Of a stretch of DNA of 64,000 bases, positions 61,501 to 64,000 are shown piece after piece. Position numbers and translations under genes: made by a program. The stretch covers positions 22,988,795 through 23,052,794 of the forward strand of contig NC_092670.1 of the NCBI RefSeq assembly GCF_964355755.1, given 5' to 3'. This DNA is from Antedon mediterranea (Eukaryota; Animalia; Echinodermata). Numbering within the stretch: position 1 is the first letter of the stretch; the number at the start of each line of letters is the position of its first letter. The notes under the pieces are model-generated. The model had not been told where the DNA came from. It worked only from the letters and a program-made list of their open reading frames with translations, and made no database searches.

Positions 61501-64000
61501 AATGCAATAGAACTTTTCCAAAGTTTAGGTATTACACAGAGTGCATTTGAGAAAGCAAATAATTGTGTAGCTACTGAGGAAAAGATTGTTATAAAGAGAA
61601 ACCCTCAAGATGTGTGGGTAAATCAATATAATCCTTCCTTATTGAGAGCATGGAATGCTAATATGGATATTCAGTATATTACAAATGTATATGCATGTAT
61701 TATTTACGTTATAGGATATATGTCTAAATCTGAACGGGAAATGGGCTTACTTTTATCTCATGCAGCATCAGAAGTGAAAGAAGGCAATGAAGATGCTAGG
61801 CAAAGTTTGCGAAAACTTGGTAATGTTTATATGAATAACCGAGAAGTGTCTGCACAAGAAAGTATTTATCGTGTTTGTAGTTTAAGATTAAAAGAATGTT
61901 CAAGGAAAGTTGAATTTATCCCAGTAGGACCTAATCCTGTCAGAATGAGTTTACCATTAAGTGTAATTAAAAACAAAAAAGATGATGATGTAAGTGCATG
62001 GTTGCCAAATAAGATCGACAAATATAAAGCTCGACCTAATAGTTCTGAATTTAATAAAATGTGCCTTGCAAAATTTTGTTCGGAATATAGAATATTGAGT
62101 TCATCAGAAATGAAAGAAAACAAACAAAAAAAGAATGTATATCAGTTAAAAAAACAGTTGGGATTCATCCAAAAAAGAACACGAACTAGTAATGCTATAG
62201 TAAGATACCCTCGATTTCCAATGGATACAGCACCTGAGAAATATTTTTTGAGTATACTTCAGTTATTTCTACCATTTCGAAAAGATGAACAGTTAAAACC
62301 TCCAAATTTTGAAACGTACGAACAATTTCATGAGAAAGGATGTGTGAATTTATGTGGCTGTCAATTACAAACGGTAAAGTCAATAGTTAATGGAAACATG
62401 AAACAATATGAAAAAAGTGCTGAAGATGTTGAAGAAGCACAGGAATTTTTATTAAAATTTGGACCACAAGAAGATGCATGGAGCCTATTATGTCCAGAAA
62501 GCGAAAAAGAAAGGTTAGACAACCCAAAGCCAAATGTAGAGGTTGATGATGAAGAAGATGAATTTTTCATTCCAGATTTTGGAATTCAAAAAAATCATAC
62601 ATCTAAGGTAGAGTCTAATTCATCTAATATTCCAAGACCAGAATTGAACAAAATGATTCGATCTTTAAATGAAAAACAACAACATATATTTTATAAGACA
62701 AGACAATGGTGTTTAGACAAAGTTAATGGTAAAAAACCTGAAGCATTTTACAATTTCATAACTGGAGGCGCTGGTACAGGAAAAAGTCATTTGGTAAATT
62801 GTATTTATAATGAAGCGACACGTATTCTTGGAAAGATTATGGAAAATCCCGATGATTTGTCAATATTGAAATTAGCTCCTACAGGAATCGCAGCATATAA
62901 TATTAAAGGCCAAACAATTCATAGCGCTTTGTCTATCCCGATTAATATTTCACTTCCGTATCAACCACTTGGAGAAGAAAAAATAAGTGCACTTCGTAAT
63001 AAATTGGGCCAGTTGCAAATTGTTATTATAGATGAAATATCAATGGTAAATCAAAGGTTACTTTGGTATATCCACGGACGATTAAGGCAAATAAAACAAG
63101 TACGCAACGATAGTCCATTTGGTAACATTTCAGTAATTGCTGTTGGTGATTTTTATCAGTTACCCCCGGTGATGGGCAGTTCGTTATATAAAGACACATT
63201 GGAAAGCTCACTGTGGATAGATAACTTTAAGCAAGTACAGTTAGATCAAATCATGAGGCAAAAAGAAGATAAACAATTTGCTTTATTGTTAAACAAATTG
63301 CGTACAAAAGAAAAACATGATTGTTTGTCTGATAACGATTTATTAGTTCTAAAATCACGTGAAACAGGTGAAGAATGTGAAGATGCTGTTCATATTTACC
63401 CACGCAACAAACAAGTTGATGAATGGAATAAAAAAATGTTGCACAAAACCTGTACAGACATTGTATGCATTAAAGCAGAAGATAGTGTAGTAAATAGCAA
63501 GAAACAGAGCAAAAATTGTGACAAACCTCGGAATTCACGTCAAACTAGTTTACTAAGTTATTTGTGGATTGCAATTAATGCCAGAGTGATGTTGATTAAA
63601 AATGTAGATGTTAAAAAAGGCTTAACGAATGGATGTATGGGACATGTTGATGAAATAGTCAAACCTGATCATAACACCGAACCAGTATCTATTAAAGTAA
63701 AATTTGACAATAATGACATTGGTATTCAGGCAATTGAAATGTTTAAAGAATCTATGGGGAAAAAATACAGTCGAAAACAATTTCCTCTCAAATTAGCATA
63801 TGCATGCACAGTTCATAAAGTGCAAGGAATGACAATGGATAAAGCAGTGGTTTGCCTTAAAGATACTTTTATGCATGGTCAAGCATATGTAGGCCTCAGT
63901 CGTGTTACTTCAATAACTGGACTTACTATTGAAAATTTTAAACCTAGTCTGATTTATTGTGATCCAAACATAAAGAAGTGCTTAAATAATATGGATTCAT
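55561..64000 (+). CDS. Helentron/Helitron2 Rep-helicase polyprotein, >2813 aa, 3'-truncated by the window edge
   Basis: Frame +1 starts at ATG 55561 after an in-frame TGA at 55555, and no stop was found in reading it. Rep motifs are PTFFLSFSSAD, YRIEFQMRGSPHVH and YVIGYMSK. PIF1 motifs are TGGAGTGKS, IIDEISMV, GDFYQLPPV, QIMRQ, QFPLKLAYACTVHKVQGMT and QAYVGLSRV. Confidence 0.95.
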   Translation, partial: MDMEFIAVVGIFLLIIFTMIFYLCKNVNKEVTSKKQIFVNTTGNVNNGVMDKTAEFKIVVNDILDLLDECCSTENVKDDRNDDTGNVNCEFMKDTTEFKGIIDDIINILSYGTEVTSEFDDTCDFCNIEVKVDDNCITCDCCSQYFHVKCVREVFEDKLCNSRVIWICSMCGNNNFVDNMFGEIGIPCHFNRYTILEPDESVTSDFPELTKNKEKRCNNAILKCQQTGSEDLLGSDWIRVRSKKRTDNRKKRCKNRGNKKRRKRVINGISIEPGVKYIGKGVKDFYERQNNNKMEWNMNTTTYREYNKENGKTNILENSQTIIDDSGRPMCDDLKNTKVTHGIQQQSGGGSKRLRNNKGRFVKTKKIDNKKAQGNVNLKNDCDTMERFGKDIKNMGNNHNSETKTDEDFKMKCTVENDNTATDDAKAQNNSKMNDRSRIIDSNGTDHKNQTCASCEFEENEVLIIDDGCKKAVTEKLRSHTKPKCDQHTIDPDIEVLTKNNFSEELIIDDVPKQKNTRKRQKTQSINELQVYNSNENITVAQGNFNQGNYRFGFASGKQCVANSLVAILYSTKRNGNEFYTKDLDTILTLGNELYRYIQKDSTMHEDLLMISELPKELDILDNTFVISPKESVFGIIDGNLEFMAEYGALSLNQALEQELHQHDAFFMNFNRSTFSIIKRVNGFHIFDPHARDRFGCVSEHGKSILLYSPSWQGVYDYCIRLARSMNCNLHETEFELTGVNIENKSMMLCSASVLDDNCEQRNLGNVDVDEPSTSYQYKCSTRLPDKNIDSKVKGQKHNKEGHVSSSNGWQSDSDIEIVNVQYGERPDKNFKFIPISEAQKKNMCNEVGIHCEHTDRNSGINRASQIGHPLQITNITGDGNCFYRAISYIISGTEDNHFLLRRAITNHLLETDDLFINTFSHEYRSVKEYVLKKRVMDNGTWASNTEISAMANLLNTDIYSFNDQLLTWQLFSAKKPGRIDDVTTDNGIYILYTMNVHFNVVESVNVSQNNVQEKTGHVDMNVTSHNKLSNTEANFFVKNSTTKKRKQTGNETCETFEDIEPKHKKSKTVEGPCSGNKVKTLRRRRKISYENRKQKEKNRQRMKRRREEKDNSIEKNENRNKYQSDPAYREEKKRKVKEAQQVRYADDDYKFKKRKENRKRQQKMYRCEPEYNVKVRNKAKHNYNIDLDYRTTKKVNNRLNYKCNEKFTQNLKEKLKNRYNNDIIFRHKTRQNNKQRNAEKYHNDSKFRQTLKEKLAAKYRNNSKFRKNVTQKLAEKYRSNLKFRQNCKQKLAQKYRGNLKFRQSIKERCKQRFAEKYHGDEGFRKNIMKKNMKNREKKKKENNNFEFVLENFRETVSRGPEYVCCVCFKMLFKDQVMKCTKTKYKNKACINEKYLHICNNECNKPCQFIESPRCRLWICFTCHRKLLNGKVPAEANSNNLQLHDIPPELRCLNNLEQHLIGLNIPFMKLMNLPKGGQHGIHGPVVCVPSNTIETVKMLPRPQVDDQLISVKLKRKLSYKGYYKYKFVNTAHVIQALRYLQDHNKCYFDIAINEEWHNYLSEENIENTNTNGDENQTCIESNEEEEEELEDRLCGATFDTSLQPVDRRQNLVDEYFNDIICCAPCENNSPIALLSNKSNEAKSFPVLFPTGQPTFHDTRDVKITLGRYFHNRLMHIDNRFAQNTEFIFYAQSLYELQQILSSISIALRKGSSKKDDFSKVTVSDLKNVTKIDEILKSDRGYKFLKQIRGTPPYWQATQKDVIAMVRQIGKPTFFLSFSSADFRWKEIMTTLLNQSGDQRNIEELEWADKCNLLKSNPVTVARMFDKRFHTFLKNVILSEAQPIGKVIDYFYRIEFQMRGSPHVHMLVWVENAPIFGTDKDNEVINFVDKYISCAVPCETVDPELNEIVKSVQIHSKRHSKSCKKKGTNCRFNFPRQPSGNTFVMRPTIADKDSDDNDDNKQAMELLTSVKDAVSNEETYKNAIELFQSLGITQSAFEKANNCVATEEKIVIKRNPQDVWVNQYNPSLLRAWNANMDIQYITNVYACIIYVIGYMSKSEREMGLLLSHAASEVKEGNEDARQSLRKLGNVYMNNREVSAQESIYRVCSLRLKECSRKVEFIPVGPNPVRMSLPLSVIKNKKDDDVSAWLPNKIDKYKARPNSSEFNKMCLAKFCSEYRILSSSEMKENKQKKNVYQLKKQLGFIQKRTRTSNAIVRYPRFPMDTAPEKYFLSILQLFLPFRKDEQLKPPNFETYEQFHEKGCVNLCGCQLQTVKSIVNGNMKQYEKSAEDVEEAQEFLLKFGPQEDAWSLLCPESEKERLDNPKPNVEVDDEEDEFFIPDFGIQKNHTSKVESNSSNIPRPELNKMIRSLNEKQQHIFYKTRQWCLDKVNGKKPEAFYNFITGGAGTGKSHLVNCIYNEATRILGKIMENPDDLSILKLAPTGIAAYNIKGQTIHSALSIPINISLPYQPLGEEKISALRNKLGQLQIVIIDEISMVNQRLLWYIHGRLRQIKQVRNDSPFGNISVIAVGDFYQLPPVMGSSLYKDTLESSLWIDNFKQVQLDQIMRQKEDKQFALLLNKLRTKEKHDCLSDNDLLVLKSRETGEECEDAVHIYPRNKQVDEWNKKMLHKTCTDIVCIKAEDSVVNSKKQSKNCDKPRNSRQTSLLSYLWIAINARVMLIKNVDVKKGLTNGCMGHVDEIVKPDHNTEPVSIKVKFDNNDIGIQAIEMFKESMGKKYSRKQFPLKLAYACTVHKVQGMTMDKAVVCLKDTFMHGQAYVGLSRVTSITGLTIENFKPSLIYCDPNIKKCLNNMDS
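55927..56073 (+). other. PHD finger domain within the polyprotein
   Basis: CDFC-x12-CDCC-SQYFH-VKC-x17-CSMC preceded by WI; this is a C4HC3 pattern. Confidence 0.8.
57178..57783 (+). other. Herpesvirus large-tegument-like cysteine deubiquitinase domain (peptidase C76/VTD-like)
   Basis: QGNFNQGNYRFGFASGKQCVANS (catalytic Cys), DLDTILTLGNELY, ISELP and FHIFDPHAR (D-P-H motif). Confidence 0.85.
58180..58572 (+). other. OTU cysteine protease domain
   Basis: ITGDGNCFYRAIS ... WASNTEISAMANLL ... HFNVV, with the catalytic Cys and His intact. Confidence 0.9.
59641..61740 (+). other. Zn-binding region plus HUH (Y2) Rep domain
   Basis: CCVC...WICFTCH, IPPELRCLNNLEQHLI, VKLKRKLSYKG, IRGTPPYW, RGSPHVH, HSKRHSKSC...CRFNFP, AWNANMDIQY and YVIGYMSK. 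Confidence 0.92.
62641..63930 (+). other. PIF1-family (SF1B) helicase domain
   Basis: Walker A is at 62761 and Walker B at ~63025, and motifs III-VI follow in order. Confidence 0.95.

Noticed and set aside
55623-63211. Minus-strand and alternate-frame ORFs listed in the track
   Set aside because: They are shadows of the long frame +1 Rep-helicase ORF.

Overview
Very AT-rich eukaryotic DNA, probably from a marine invertebrate; this is inferred only from the spliceosomal introns, frequent TAGGCCTA and the repeat style. The whole window looks like one rolling-circle transposon (Helentron/Helitron2) landscape. (1) 1-~33.8 kb is a same-orientation array of 28 (27 junctions) diverged 1.1-1.6 kb non-autonomous Helentron-like elements on the minus strand. 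Each has a 5' TT plus a hairpin carrying the subTIR, and a 3' subTIR plus hairpin plus CTAG. Units join only at the exact 5' end of a neighbour or inside its A-rich tail, which gives nested insertions and stacked orphan 5' termini. (2) ~33.8-50.4 kb holds an intact five-exon gene for a 264-aa OB-fold (RPA-like) protein that the ORF track misses, plus direct and inverted pseudogene copies, AT-rich minisatellites, MITEs and a tRNA-like gene. This block is bracketed by two pieces of an array-type unit. (3) ~50.4-55.5 kb is a putative spliced leader with tandem micro-exons and a cluster of hairpins with (A/C)GAA loops. (4) 55561 to the window end is one open frame of more than 2813 aa, absent from the ORF track because it has no stop in the window. 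It encodes an N-terminal TM helix, a PHD finger, a herpes-tegument-like deubiquitinase, an OTU protease, basic helical repeats, an HUH Rep (RGSPHxH, Helentron type) and a PIF1 helicase. All translations, alignments and coordinates were read by eye, and no database searches were run.
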